A DNA stretch of 64,000 nt from a virus (IMGVR_UViG_3300042444_000560:862-64861), one strand, 5' to 3'. Counted from the first letter of the stretch, positions 37,644-47,846 are shown. Numbers and translations: made by a program. Notes: generated from the sequence alone by a model not told the origin.

Positions 37644-40483
37644 ATGTAGTTTTACTCGGCAAGCGCGAACCCAACGTCCGCTCCCTGTTCGCCCAAAACG
37701 AACTGGGCCTCGCCATCGACATTGGCGACCGCAACGGGGCGAGCGAAGCCAAGCAGACTTGGCGGCGGAATCTGCTTGGATACACCGAAGGGACGGTGGC
37801 TCAACTTGGAACGGGCAGCAATGTTACCGATGCGGTTTCAAGTATTAGCGGCTTTTCTAATTCAATAGCATTTGTCGATAATGCGTTGACCCGTTTTGCC
37901 TATAAAGTCATTCAGACAGTTGCAAGTGCGAGTTATACATTTTCCTTGTTTGTCCAAATGGACGACGACTCCGCTCCGGTGGTTGGCACTAACACGACAA
38001 CGGGCGACTTGTGCCTCATTTTGGAAAGTAACTTCGCAACCTCTGGGATTACGGTTTCTCTTGTATCCGGTTCAATTTACCGAATCAGCGGAACGGTTAC
38101 TGGAAGCGGATTGACGACTAGGAATTTTGGGGCCGTTAAGTACACCGGCCAAAGTGCAAAGGGCTTTCGGGTTACAGGCTATCAGCTTGAAATCGGCTCG
38201 CTCTCCACCTACCAGCCCATCACCGACTTCAACACCGAGTTCAAAGCGGCGTTCCCGTCGCACAGCCTCTACGTCGATTCAAATGGCGTGGCCCCTGCTG
38301 TTTATCCCGGCGACCAAGTTGGCCTTGTGATTGATTCGAGCCGTGGCGGGCTGGAGAATCTTGGGGCGGAGTTGGTGACGAATGGCGGGTTCGATAGTGA
38401 TACGTGGTGGACGAAATCAACCAACGTGACTATCTCAGGAGGGCTTGCCAACTATAACACTGTAGCACTGAACAACGGTGTTTTCCGGTCTGGTGTTGTT
38501 ACGGCTGGAAAGTTCTACGTTGTTACCTTCACGGTAGCTAGTTTTTCGTCCGGTGGCGTTCGTGTTTACACGGGCGGAAATCGAACGTCTACCTACGCAG
38601 CAACAGGAACGTATCGGGTTTTCTGTCTTGCCGGAAGTTCTGACACCCAAATCATTTTTGAGGCAACGTCAGCGGGAACGGTCCTCGCTCTCGACAATAT
38701 CTCCGTCAAGGAAATCCCCGGCATTCACCCGTACCAGACGACCAGCGGAAGTCGCCCGGCCTTGTGCCGTACTCCGGATGGGGGCAGGCGGAATCTGCTG
38801 ACGTATAGCGAGCAGTTTGACGTAACGAGTGGTGGGTGGGTTAAATTCCAATCAACAATATCACCGAACGCAACAACAGCACCCGATGGGACTTTAACGG
38901 CTGATTCGCTTATTGATACGGTGGCTTCTCAAGAGCACAATGCGTATCAAACAGCAACGACGACGACAGCGACTTTTTCTTGCTACGCAAAAGCAAGTGG
39001 CCGAAGTGTTGTTGGACTTCGGGCGTATAACTCAGCAAGTCAATTTTACACCGCGATATTTGATTTATCCGGTGGAACCGTAACGCTTGAAAATGAGACA
39101 GGGACTACGTTCAGTGGTGTTTCGGCTGCAATTTCCGATTCTGGAAATGGCTGGTATCGTTGCAGCATCACCTATACTCGTTCATTTGGGTTGACGTATC
39201 ACGTTATTGATTTAGCAACAAGCACTACTCCTACGCTTGGGGCAGGTGGTTCAGAATTTTACACCGGAAACGGGACCGGCATTTTCATTTGGGGAGCCCA
39301 ACTCGAAACCGGCTCCTCCGCAACCACCTACCAGCGAGTCACCACCACCCACGACGTAACCGAATCCGGCAAGCGAGACTGCTGGGGCCTGTTGGCAGAC
39401 GGGTCAGACGACAGCCTGATTACGACGAGCGTGGATTTCAACACTTGGACCGCTCAGACACGGCGGAATTTGTTGGTCGATACGGAGAGCTTTGGGACGA
39501 GCAGTTGGACGAAAACAAGCTCGACAGTAACGGAAAATTCCGAAGCCAATCCGATAGAAAGTCTTTCGACAGCCGACTCGATAATTGAAGTTGCTGCTAC
39601 TTCAGCCCACAATGTGCAGCAAGCGGCTACTTTCACTACAAGTGCTGTTCACACCTATTCTGTCTACGCAAAAGCAAACGGAAGAAACCTGCAATTCGTT
39701 ATACCTACGGCGGTGGTGACATCAGGCTATGCAAACTTTGATTTGATAAACGGCGTGGTTGGTGATAAGTCGGCAGGTGTGACCCAGCAAATCACTTCTT
39801 TAGGAAACGGCTGGTATCGCTGCGCTATCGAATTTACGGCAGCGACAGGTAGTTCGCAAACAATCAATTTAGCTTTAATTACAGCAAGTAATTCTGCTCG
39901 CGGCCAATCGTATCTCGGCGATGGAACCAGCGGGATTTACCTCTGGGGAGCCCAACTTGAACTCGGCACTCTCACCGACTACCAGCGAGTCGGCACCGAC
40001 AAGATGACCGTGATGGCGGGGGTGCAGAAGAATAGCAATGCTTTCACGCCTGCTATTATAGAGCTTTCTGCGACTTCTTTGACTAATAATGGAAGTTTTC
40101 ATCTTGGCTCTGGTGAAAACAATACAGGAAACTATTACTTGCAGTTAAGAGGAACATCTGTAAATGGATACAGTCCACGCATTTACAATTCTCCACATAC
40201 GGGGGTCGTTTCTGCTCAATTTAATATTGCTCAATCCGCTAAAGCTGATGAAATAACAGCACGAGTAAATGGAGTTTCGGATAATGGTGCATCAGTTGGC
40301 ACTGATGCAGGAACAGGAAACTTTGGAAACTATCCTATTTATATCGGTCGCCGCAACAACGCAGTGCTTCCATTCAACGGCATCATCTACACGCTCATCG
40401 TACGTGGAGCCGCAACACCCACGGGGACGATTGCAGATTTTGAGCGAAACCTGTTAGCCAAACGTGCGGGGGTAACTTTCTAA
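37640..40483 (+). CDS. Modular fibre/spike protein with repeated carbohydrate-binding-like domains and a LamG-like C-terminus
   Basis: RRNLL three times, GNGWYRC twice, WGAQLE twice, ELVTNGGFD, IGRR..FNG.I. Confidence 0.75.
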   Translation: MNVVLLGKREPNVRSLFAQNELGLAIDIGDRNGASEAKQTWRRNLLGYTEGTVAQLGTGSNVTDAVSSISGFSNSIAFVDNALTRFAYKVIQTVASASYTFSLFVQMDDDSAPVVGTNTTTGDLCLILESNFATSGITVSLVSGSIYRISGTVTGSGLTTRNFGAVKYTGQSAKGFRVTGYQLEIGSLSTYQPITDFNTEFKAAFPSHSLYVDSNGVAPAVYPGDQVGLVIDSSRGGLENLGAELVTNGGFDSDTWWTKSTNVTISGGLANYNTVALNNGVFRSGVVTAGKFYVVTFTVASFSSGGVRVYTGGNRTSTYAATGTYRVFCLAGSSDTQIIFEATSAGTVLALDNISVKEIPGIHPYQTTSGSRPALCRTPDGGRRNLLTYSEQFDVTSGGWVKFQSTISPNATTAPDGTLTADSLIDTVASQEHNAYQTATTTTATFSCYAKASGRSVVGLRAYNSASQFYTAIFDLSGGTVTLENETGTTFSGVSAAISDSGNGWYRCSITYTRSFGLTYHVIDLATSTTPTLGAGGSEFYTGNGTGIFIWGAQLETGSSATTYQRVTTTHDVTESGKRDCWGLLADGSDDSLITTSVDFNTWTAQTRRNLLVDTESFGTSSWTKTSSTVTENSEANPIESLSTADSIIEVAATSAHNVQQAATFTTSAVHTYSVYAKANGRNLQFVIPTAVVTSGYANFDLINGVVGDKSAGVTQQITSLGNGWYRCAIEFTAATGSSQTINLALITASNSARGQSYLGDGTSGIYLWGAQLELGTLTDYQRVGTDKMTVMAGVQKNSNAFTPAIIELSATSLTNNGSFHLGSGENNTGNYYLQLRGTSVNGYSPRIYNSPHTGVVSAQFNIAQSAKADEITARVNGVSDNGASVGTDAGTGNFGNYPIYIGRRNNAVLPFNGIIYTLIVRGAATPTGTIADFERNLLAKRAGVTF

Positions 40484-40851
40484 TGAGTCAAACAGAGTGG
40501 AAATACAGCATCGTGATGATTGCCCCAACGTACACCCGCGACGGGGCCAATGCAGTTGCCGAAGCACTGGGGCACGGGCCGAATAACTTCTCAGCAACGC
40601 TCTCGGCAGACGGGCAGACGGTGACGCACTACGGTTGCCGGACACAAGCTCAACAGTCATTCGTGGACCTGCTGGCCGGAATGGGGCAAGGCGAGTTTCC
40701 GCCAATTGAGGGAGCAGACCCGCAGGTTATTGGTACTATTCTCGCCAGCCTGATTATCGACATATCGGAAAATGAGGATGGGTTCAGTCATTTCAATCGG
40801 GTCATCGAGGCCAACGGGCTGACACGGTTTGAAGTGGAACCCATTCAGTAA
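40483..40851 (+). CDS. Hypothetical protein (possible fibre chaperone)
   Basis: Coupled to the fibre gene. Confidence 0.6.
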   Translation: MSQTEWKYSIVMIAPTYTRDGANAVAEALGHGPNNFSATLSADGQTVTHYGCRTQAQQSFVDLLAGMGQGEFPPIEGADPQVIGTILASLIIDISENEDGFSHFNRVIEANGLTRFEVEPIQ

Positions 40852-40881
40852 CAAACCACGATAGATGGAAAGGTTTAGGAC

Positions 40882-41259
40882 ATGCCATTTCTCAACGACC
40901 GGGTATTTGACAACGGCCTGACGGTCTTGGACACCGAAGGCAACCGACTGGACATTTGCTCCAGCGAGCCGACGACCTACACGCAGGCGACAAGCACGCT
41001 AACCCTCGGCAATAAAACGCTGGGTGCTGGCGACATTGGCGCACCTGCTGCCGGTTCGCCCAACGGTCGGCAGGTGACGGTTCAGGCCTTGACCGCCGGG
41101 ACCGTCACTGCAACCGGCACGGCGACCCACTACGCCATCACCGACACGGGCAACTCACGCCTTCTGGCGACTGGTGCTTTGTCCTCGTCGCAATCCGTGA
41201 CCAACGGCAACACGTTTTCCACCAGTTCATTCACCATTCGCATCCCGCAGGCGAGCTAA
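40882..41259 (+). CDS. Virion structural protein
   Basis: Thr/Gly-rich; TGTATHYA motif typical of small phage structural proteins. Confidence 0.65.
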   Translation: MPFLNDRVFDNGLTVLDTEGNRLDICSSEPTTYTQATSTLTLGNKTLGAGDIGAPAAGSPNGRQVTVQALTAGTVTATGTATHYAITDTGNSRLLATGALSSSQSVTNGNTFSTSSFTIRIPQAS

Positions 41260-41262
41260 CAA

Positions 41263-41718
41263 ATGGCTGACAACGTAGCAATCACGCCGGGCAGCGGGGC
41301 AACCGCAGCATCCGACGACATCGGCGGCGTCCAGTTCCAGAGAATCAAGCTGGTGCATGGCGCAGATGGCGTCAACGACGGCGACGTGTCGTCGGCCAAT
41401 GGCCTGCCCGTGCAAGGTGTGGGCGAATTGATGGAGGCGATTGAGGCACTGCGGTTGGCAGTGCAATCGCTGACGCGAAGCATCGGGTTGGCGACGGTCG
41501 ATGTAACTGGCCGAACAAGGATGCTGGCCGAAAACCCGACTGCTGCCAACTTGCAGGCGACTGTCTCGCTGAACGCGGGTCAAACACTCGGAACCGTGAC
41601 TACCTTAACCACCATGACCAACCAATCGCAGATGGGCGGGTTGGCGACCAACGACCAAATTCCGGCTTTGATGCACTTGCAAGCCGACAATCTTCGACGA
41701 AACATTTCCGTGACCTAA
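41263..41718 (+). CDS. Virion structural protein
   Basis: QRIKL.HG.DG...VS.ANGLPV motif. Confidence 0.6.
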   Translation: MADNVAITPGSGATAASDDIGGVQFQRIKLVHGADGVNDGDVSSANGLPVQGVGELMEAIEALRLAVQSLTRSIGLATVDVTGRTRMLAENPTAANLQATVSLNAGQTLGTVTTLTTMTNQSQMGGLATNDQIPALMHLQADNLRRNISVT

Positions 41719-41727
41719 GAGGACGCA

Positions 41728-43167
41728 ATGGCAACTACAAACGGCAACCGCAAGATTCTGGACCTGAAACGCTGGGAAATGGTGACACCTGCGCCGCAGG
41801 CGACAGCGGCGGCACATTTTATCGTGTCGTCGCGGCACCACCGGCAGCAGCAGATGTTGGTTTCTTCAGCCACCGTTGCTCAATTCTACAATCCTAACGA
41901 AGATGGCTGGGTACTGCTTCCTTCGCCTGCTTTGGCGGGAACGTTCGCGGCTGGTGCGTGTGGAACGGGGACTGCGATTGGGCCATCTGGCACGGCGACT
42001 GGCGGCACGACATCAACCATTGTCACGAACCTTACGCTGGCTCGCAGTCTGAGCGGATACAGCATCCACATCACGGGCGGACCTAACGCTGGCGTAACTC
42101 TTCTAATCGTCTCCAACACCATCGGGGCAAGCGCGACGATTACTGTTGAGGCACAGGCCAGTGCATTTACTGCCTCGACAACTTATCGTTTGCTCACGCC
42201 GCGATGGTACATTTTGAACGCCATTACTGCCGCCGGTACAACGACCGCGAACGTGTTTAAGTTCTACGATTTCGCGACCAACACTTGGACTGCCGCAGAA
42301 ACCGGCGCAACGGACGGCATTGCCCCAGCGGCAGTTATCGGCACTGACGGCAGATTGGTCGCCACTCCGTCTTGGGTTGACGACGAATACAAGGCGTTTG
42401 CTACGGGCACCGCGACGGCAGGCGGCGCATCTACGCTGACCAACAGCGCAAAGAACTGGACTACGAACCAGTGGGCAAACTATCAAGTCCGCATTGTCAG
42501 CGGAACGGGCGCGGGGCAAATCCGCACCATTGCGAGCAACACTGCCACGGTCATTACGACGAGCGCAGCTTGGACAACACAGCCAGATAACACCTCGGTC
42601 TATAGCATCGAAGGCAACGACGACTTCATTTATTACATGGGTTCCAATGCTGTGACGCTGTACCGCTACAGCATTAGCGGCGGCTCCTGGTCTACGCTCT
42701 CTCCCGGCGTTGCTCGCGGCGCAGCCCCCGGTGTCGGAATGTCAGGACAGTGGATTCATAGCGTTTCCGACAGTCAGTGGACGGGCGAGAACGCGATTCT
42801 GAACGGGAAGTATATCTACTCATTCCGTGGTGCTGCCGGCGCATTGCTCGACCGTTACGACATTGCGGCCAACACTTGGTCCGCTGTGTCCTACGCTCCG
42901 GCAGCCGAGACGTTCACGACTGGCTCAAAATGGGTCTACATGAAAGACGCGATTTACGCGCAAAAAGAGAATACCGGTCGCTGGTTCCGATTTGACATCG
43001 CCGGACACAAGATGGACGGTTGGAGCACAATGCTTTACCCGCAAGGAGCGGCTGTTTTGGGAGACACCGCTTTTGACATTACCTACAAGGACGGGGCGAC
43101 CGAAATCGACTACATCTATATGGTCCTCAACACCTCCGCCATCCACCTCCGCCAAATGGTGATTTAA
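41728..43167 (+). CDS. Kelch/beta-propeller-like virion protein
   Basis: YDFATNTW, YSISGGSW, YDIAANTW blades; GTGAGQIRTIASNT insert. Confidence 0.7.
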   Translation: MATTNGNRKILDLKRWEMVTPAPQATAAAHFIVSSRHHRQQQMLVSSATVAQFYNPNEDGWVLLPSPALAGTFAAGACGTGTAIGPSGTATGGTTSTIVTNLTLARSLSGYSIHITGGPNAGVTLLIVSNTIGASATITVEAQASAFTASTTYRLLTPRWYILNAITAAGTTTANVFKFYDFATNTWTAAETGATDGIAPAAVIGTDGRLVATPSWVDDEYKAFATGTATAGGASTLTNSAKNWTTNQWANYQVRIVSGTGAGQIRTIASNTATVITTSAAWTTQPDNTSVYSIEGNDDFIYYMGSNAVTLYRYSISGGSWSTLSPGVARGAAPGVGMSGQWIHSVSDSQWTGENAILNGKYIYSFRGAAGALLDRYDIAANTWSAVSYAPAAETFTTGSKWVYMKDAIYAQKENTGRWFRFDIAGHKMDGWSTMLYPQGAAVLGDTAFDITYKDGATEIDYIYMVLNTSAIHLRQMVI

Positions 43168-43328
43168 TGACAATTCCCTATCTCATCGAACTATTGCACC
43201 GCAAAGTTGCCAATCTTACGATGCTGCGCACCAGCGCGGCCGCGCTCGGTGAAATCGAGCAGGTCGAGCAGTTGGACGTTCAAATCGCGGAGACAGAAAC
43301 GACGCTTGAGGCGTTGCGGAGCCTGTAA
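43167..43328 (+). CDS. Small coiled-coil protein (53 aa, not in the ORF track)
   Basis: ATG overlaps the upstream stop; MTIPYLIELL...ALRSL. Confidence 0.55.
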   Translation: MTIPYLIELLHRKVANLTMLRTSAAALGEIEQVEQLDVQIAETETTLEALRSL

Positions 43329-43332
43329 ATAA

Positions 43333-44556
43333 ATGGCTGAGCTGCAAGGGCTGACATTCCTGTTTGGCGGTTTGCTTGGGGCTGGGGCAGCCGGCAACGA
43401 CTCCCTCACCCTTAGCGGAATTGCTGCCGGGACGCCCGTTTGCGGCACGCCAACCCTGACGCAGAATCACGCCCTCGGGCCGAACAACCTCGCAGCGGGC
43501 ACGCCAGTTTGCGGCCAGCCGACGGTCACACTGGCCGGAACGCTCGAACCGCTGAGCCTGACAGCCGGAACGCCGGTACTCGGCACCAGCACCCTCGCGC
43601 AGAATCACAGCCTCGGGCCGAACGGGCTGGCGACTGGTTCGCCTGTGGTGGGGACAACCAGCCTCACGCAGAACCACAGCCTCACGGCGACTGGTCTGGT
43701 CGCCGGGTCGCCGGTGCTGCAAGGTGCGGCCCTGATACAGAACCACGTACTGGGTCCAAGTGGACTGGCTGCCGGAACGCCGGTTTGTGGGGTGTTGCCT
43801 TTTAGCCAGGGGCATGTTCTCAATTCTGCGTCATTGGCCGCAGGGCAACCAGTCCTTGGAAGTCCGACGCTTTTATCGATTCCGCCAATTGTTGGAAGCT
43901 CATGGTGGATTTATTGGTACTCATTCAAGGTGATGACAATGCAAAATAACCAAGCCGGCCAATCAATCACGATGCTGGCCATCGACACGGCAACTGGCAA
44001 GCCAAAGACCGGAGACGCGGCGAACCTGACTGCTTACGTCAGCAAGGACGATGGAGCGGTGACGGCGCTGGGGGATGCGTCGGCATCGGAATTGAACGCG
44101 ACAAACGCGAAGGGACTCTACACCTGGACACTATCTCAGGCAGAGACCAATGCCGACAAGTTGGTGTTCTCGGGCAAGAGCACCACGACAAACGTGGAGC
44201 TTATTCCGGTGACCGTCTACACAACGACCGATGTGGACACAGGAGCGATTGCATTGGCCGTTCGCTCTGAGCTTGCCGTGGAACTGGCTCGAATCGACGT
44301 GGCCATTTCAACCCGGACGGGCGGAGGCAGCGGCGGAACAGCGTATTCCATCACTGTCACCGATGGAGTTTTGCCGCTGGACGGGGTGGCGGTCTGGGTG
44401 ACAACGGATGAGGCCGGAACCAATGCGATTGCCGGCCCGGTGCACACCAACGCGATGGGTCAAGCTGTTTTTGCCCTGGAGCCCGGCTCTTATTATGCTT
44501 TCTGCCAGCGGTCTGGCACGAATTTCACGAACCCCCAGCCCATCACTGTAGCGTAG
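43333..44556 (+). CDS. Repeat-containing virion structural protein
   Basis: About 7 tandem repeats of roughly 21-22 aa (L.AG.PV.G...LTQNH.L). Confidence 0.7.
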   Translation: MAELQGLTFLFGGLLGAGAAGNDSLTLSGIAAGTPVCGTPTLTQNHALGPNNLAAGTPVCGQPTVTLAGTLEPLSLTAGTPVLGTSTLAQNHSLGPNGLATGSPVVGTTSLTQNHSLTATGLVAGSPVLQGAALIQNHVLGPSGLAAGTPVCGVLPFSQGHVLNSASLAAGQPVLGSPTLLSIPPIVGSSWWIYWYSFKVMTMQNNQAGQSITMLAIDTATGKPKTGDAANLTAYVSKDDGAVTALGDASASELNATNAKGLYTWTLSQAETNADKLVFSGKSTTTNVELIPVTVYTTTDVDTGAIALAVRSELAVELARIDVAISTRTGGGSGGTAYSITVTDGVLPLDGVAVWVTTDEAGTNAIAGPVHTNAMGQAVFALEPGSYYAFCQRSGTNFTNPQPITVA

Positions 44557-44563
44557 GTGCCAA

Positions 44564-45082
44564 ATGACTCTAATTGTAGGTTCTCCAGCCGCTGGCGGCT
44601 TTAATGTGACTGGCGCAGATTTGATGGCCAGGTTCGACCCTGATTCGATTGCCCGTCTGGCCTCGGACGACCGGGCAGCTTCGCTCAGCCGAGCTGATGT
44701 GGCCGCTCACCCAAACGTAACCACGGCCGTCTCGGACGCGAAGGGAAGGTTTTTGGCGGCTGTGCAATTTGGCGGGCGATACCGCCTGGCTGACCTGAAC
44801 AGCTTGACCGCGGAGTCGCTCGAATACGCCAAGCGGATTGTCTGCACGCTGGCGATGGCGATGCTGATGGGCCGCAGGCTCGGCAGTCACGCTGAAGAAC
44901 GGCAAAGACTCATTCAGGAAGCCCAAATGGCCTTGGATTTTCTGTCGGCCGGCAAAGACGTGTTTACGCTCGAACAGCAGCTCGACGCGGGATTGCTGGA
45001 ACATCAAGAGGTTTCTGAAACCGTCCTGATTAACCGGAACCTGCGAGTAGAGCAGCTAAAAGGCCATCTGTTCAGCCACTAA
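44564..45082 (+). CDS. Head-tail adaptor (Mu gp36/DUF1320-like)
   Basis: DLMARF..IARL...AVSDA...GRY...KRIVCTLA...L..LSAGK. Confidence 0.65.
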   Translation: MTLIVGSPAAGGFNVTGADLMARFDPDSIARLASDDRAASLSRADVAAHPNVTTAVSDAKGRFLAAVQFGGRYRLADLNSLTAESLEYAKRIVCTLAMAMLMGRRLGSHAEERQRLIQEAQMALDFLSAGKDVFTLEQQLDAGLLEHQEVSETVLINRNLRVEQLKGHLFSH

Positions 45083-45090
45083 ATTTCGGG

Positions 45091-45118
45091 TTGCGTCATA
45101 GGTAGCTACCTTTAGAAT
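45091..45118 (+). promoter_or_regulatory. Promoter with a near-consensus operator
   Basis: TTGCGT-16-TAGAAT; TAGG-TAGCTA-CCTT at 45099-45112. Confidence 0.5.
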
Positions 45119-45175
45119 CGCGGGCGTTTTGGTTTAAAGTGATTCGGAAGATGCAATCAAGAAAGAAGGTGATTT

Positions 45176-45457
45176 GTGTTCTGGAAAGTGATTATCGCGC
45201 TTTTCCAAGCGGTTCTGGCCAACCCGCAGCTCTTGAATGAGATTCTGGCCAACATCAAGGAGTTCATTGAACTGGTCAAGCAGATTTGGGGCGATGACGG
45301 GAAGAACGTCGTGGCCCAGGCGGACCTGGAGGCCAGTGGATTGCTCGAAGGCCGGGCAGGTGGATTGATTGAGCTGATTAGGTGGCTGATGGCCAACCCC
45401 GAGACGCTCAAGCTGATTCTGGATTTCCTGCGGGCAATCGGCGTCCTGAAGTCGTAA
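45176..45457 (+). CDS. Small amphipathic/membrane protein (holin candidate)
   Basis: Two similar hydrophobic halves, each containing ANP. Confidence 0.55.
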   Translation: MFWKVIIALFQAVLANPQLLNEILANIKEFIELVKQIWGDDGKNVVAQADLEASGLLEGRAGGLIELIRWLMANPETLKLILDFLRAIGVLKS

Positions 45458-45492
45458 TTTTCTGTTCCGCTTTTCTGACTGCCGGGGCTTCC

Positions 45493-46437
45493 ATGTCCGA
45501 CCGCTGGTTTTCCGTTCCCGACGACCTTCGCAGCGACTACTCCATTCTTTCGGAGTCTCCGCCTGCTGTTTGGTCAATTGACCCAAAGGTTTTTGAGCCG
45601 ATTTGGGCCCAGGGAATCACGGGCGAGGGGGTAAAGGTCTGCGTTTGCGATACGGGCATTGTCAGTCATCCGAACGTCAAGAAGGCCGAGCAGTCGCGGA
45701 ATTTCACCAATTCAGGCTCTGGCGCCAATGACGTAACCGACCGGAACGGGCACGGGACGCACTGCGCCGGCACGATTCTGGGTTCTGGCGGAATTGGCGT
45801 GGCTCCAGGTGCGACCTTGATGGTCGCCAAGGTGCTCAGTGATTCCGGCTCGGGCTCAACGAGCTGGATTAACGCCGGCCTGATTTGGGCGGCCGAGAAC
45901 GGGGCTGACATTGCCAGTCGTTCGCTGGGCGGTTCTCAAGGCGACCAAGACGACGTGAAGGCAATCAATGAGGCTTACGCCAAGGGATTGTCAATCGACG
46001 TGTGTGCTGCTGGTAACTCCGGTTTCAGTGGCGGCGGGAACACGATTGGCTACCCGGCCCGGTACGACCTTGGCGTTTGCGTCGGGGCCACCCGGCGAGA
46101 CGGGCAGATTGCCAACTTCTCCTCGGGCGGGCCGCAGATGGACGTGGCCACCCCGGGCGAGCAGATTATCTCGGCCAGCTATCGCGGTGGCTTCACGGCG
46201 ATGAGCGGCACCAGCATGGCGACTCCGTTCATGGCGGGGCTGCTGGCTCTGGTGATTTGCAAGATGCGAAAGACTGGCCGGCCGGTCCCGATGGGATTCA
46301 TGGGTTGGCTGGAATTTCTTTCGACCAAGGGATTTTTGGAGGACCGGGGGGCACCGGGATTCGACCCTCGTTTTGGTAACGGCTACCCGATGGTGGACCG
46401 GATTTTGGCTTACTTAAAAGACCCTGATTGGGTGTGA
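45493..46437 (+). CDS. Subtilisin-like S8 serine peptidase
   Basis: Catalytic triad motifs VCDTG, HGTHCAG, GTSMATP; AAGN oxyanion motif. Confidence 0.92.
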   Translation: MSDRWFSVPDDLRSDYSILSESPPAVWSIDPKVFEPIWAQGITGEGVKVCVCDTGIVSHPNVKKAEQSRNFTNSGSGANDVTDRNGHGTHCAGTILGSGGIGVAPGATLMVAKVLSDSGSGSTSWINAGLIWAAENGADIASRSLGGSQGDQDDVKAINEAYAKGLSIDVCAAGNSGFSGGGNTIGYPARYDLGVCVGATRRDGQIANFSSGGPQMDVATPGEQIISASYRGGFTAMSGTSMATPFMAGLLALVICKMRKTGRPVPMGFMGWLEFLSTKGFLEDRGAPGFDPRFGNGYPMVDRILAYLKDPDWV

Positions 46438-46450
46438 AAGGTGGTGTGCT

Positions 46451-46753
46451 GTGAAGCGTTTTATCGCTCTGGCGGTCGTGTTGTTTTTTCTTTGCTTTTT
46501 TTGTGCGACTGTTTCTGCTCAGTGCTGCGGCGGTCGTGTTCGGACCTCAGCCAAGCGGCTCGTATCGCCTGTGGTCCGAGTGGTCAATCGCGGGAGCTGC
46601 GCTGCACGCACTACGGCTTCTGCTGTTAAGTGCGGGACTTGCACTGCTGGCGGGCTGGCTGTTGATGCTGGTCGTGCCGCGATTGTGACCGCGGCCAAGC
46701 CGGTCAAAGCGGTGCAGAAGACGATTTGCGTAGGCGGCAAGTGTTATCGCTAA
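46451..46753 (+). CDS. Secreted Cys-rich basic small protein
   Basis: Signal peptide; ends CVGGKCYR. Confidence 0.6.
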   Translation: MKRFIALAVVLFFLCFFCATVSAQCCGGRVRTSAKRLVSPVVRVVNRGSCAARTTASAVKCGTCTAGGLAVDAGRAAIVTAAKPVKAVQKTICVGGKCYR

Positions 46754-46800
46754 GGATGGTTGACGCGCAGGGATGCGCATTTTTCTTTCGGGGGCCTGTG

Positions 46801-47583
46801 ATGCGTGGTCTGTATTTGGTTCTGGCGGTGGTTTTGCTCTGCGGCCCGGCGATTGCGCAGGAGCGAATGAGCGTCACGGTATCCAGCGTGACTTACCTTG
46901 AAGCCGATGCGGCTGAGGTAGTCCAGCAAGCTCCGGGCGTCGTGATTATCGGCGAGGGCCTGAAGCCGGGGCAGAAATATGCGTCCAAGCTCCGGGTGGT
47001 CAATCAGGATAACGATTACATCGAGGTCTTCCCCGAGAAGAACCCGTTTCCCCCGCAAGTGCTCGAACCATACAAGCCGGGCGAATACTTGATTCCGGGT
47101 GCGAGGGGAGAGCGATTCAATGTCTCGGTGCGGAGCAAGACCGGACGGCCAGTTTGGCTGCTGGTGGTGATTGGTGGCGAGGGCGGAAACGAAAAGCCTC
47201 CGGTGGACCCGCCGACCGAGCCGACTCCGACCGATTACGAGGAACTGCGCAAAGCCTCACTCAGCGAAGCGCTCAAAACCCGGGACCAGAAAACCGCGAA
47301 AGCATTGGCGGAAGCCTGGCGAAAGGTGGCAACGACCGTTTCTGTTGACAAGCCACTCGACGAAGCCGTGAAAACTGCCAAGCAGGCCCGAGAGCAAGTC
47401 CTGCTCAACCGCGACGGCGACGTGAACTGGAACAATTACCTGACGGCCGTGGATGGCGAGATTGCTTCGCTCAAGATTGCCGGCACGGCGGAATATCTCA
47501 AGGTTTTGGCGGTGCTGGCCAGCTCGCTCGATGACGCCTCAGCAAAGTTTGAGGAGCAGCAGCGAGTGACTGGCGAACGATAG
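46801..47583 (+). CDS. Secreted/periplasmic protein with Pro-rich linker
   Basis: Signal peptide ending AIA-Q; PPVDPPTEPTPT linker. Confidence 0.65.
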   Translation: MRGLYLVLAVVLLCGPAIAQERMSVTVSSVTYLEADAAEVVQQAPGVVIIGEGLKPGQKYASKLRVVNQDNDYIEVFPEKNPFPPQVLEPYKPGEYLIPGARGERFNVSVRSKTGRPVWLLVVIGGEGGNEKPPVDPPTEPTPTDYEELRKASLSEALKTRDQKTAKALAEAWRKVATTVSVDKPLDEAVKTAKQAREQVLLNRDGDVNWNNYLTAVDGEIASLKIAGTAEYLKVLAVLASSLDDASAKFEEQQRVTGER

Positions 47584-47602
47584 TTTCCTGCTGGGGGGCA
47601 GA

Positions 47603-47830
47603 GTGACGACAGAACAACCGAAATTTGGTGTTCTCGACCACGCATTTAGGGATATGATGCTGGAAATCGAGCACCAGATGCGAGCCAGCCGAAACAATTT
47701 TTTCGGCAATGTGAAATTAGAGTTGACCTATAACAACGGAACATTATCGTTTGTGCGGGTTTCTTCCGAGCGAACGATGAAATCCGACCAAGACAAGCAA
47801 TCGGGACGGCCAAAGCTCACGCAAGGCTAA
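47603..47830 (+). CDS. Small protein resembling the YezD/DUF2292 family
   Basis: FFGNVKLELTYNNGTLSFVRVSSERT. Confidence 0.5.
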   Translation: MTTEQPKFGVLDHAFRDMMLEIEHQMRASRNNFFGNVKLELTYNNGTLSFVRVSSERTMKSDQDKQSGRPKLTQG

Positions 47831-47846
47831 GCCCGCAAAACATACT

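Noticed and set aside
37640-44556. Diversity-generating retroelement acting on fibre genes
   Set aside because: No reverse transcriptase, and no template/variable repeat pair differing only at adenines was seen.
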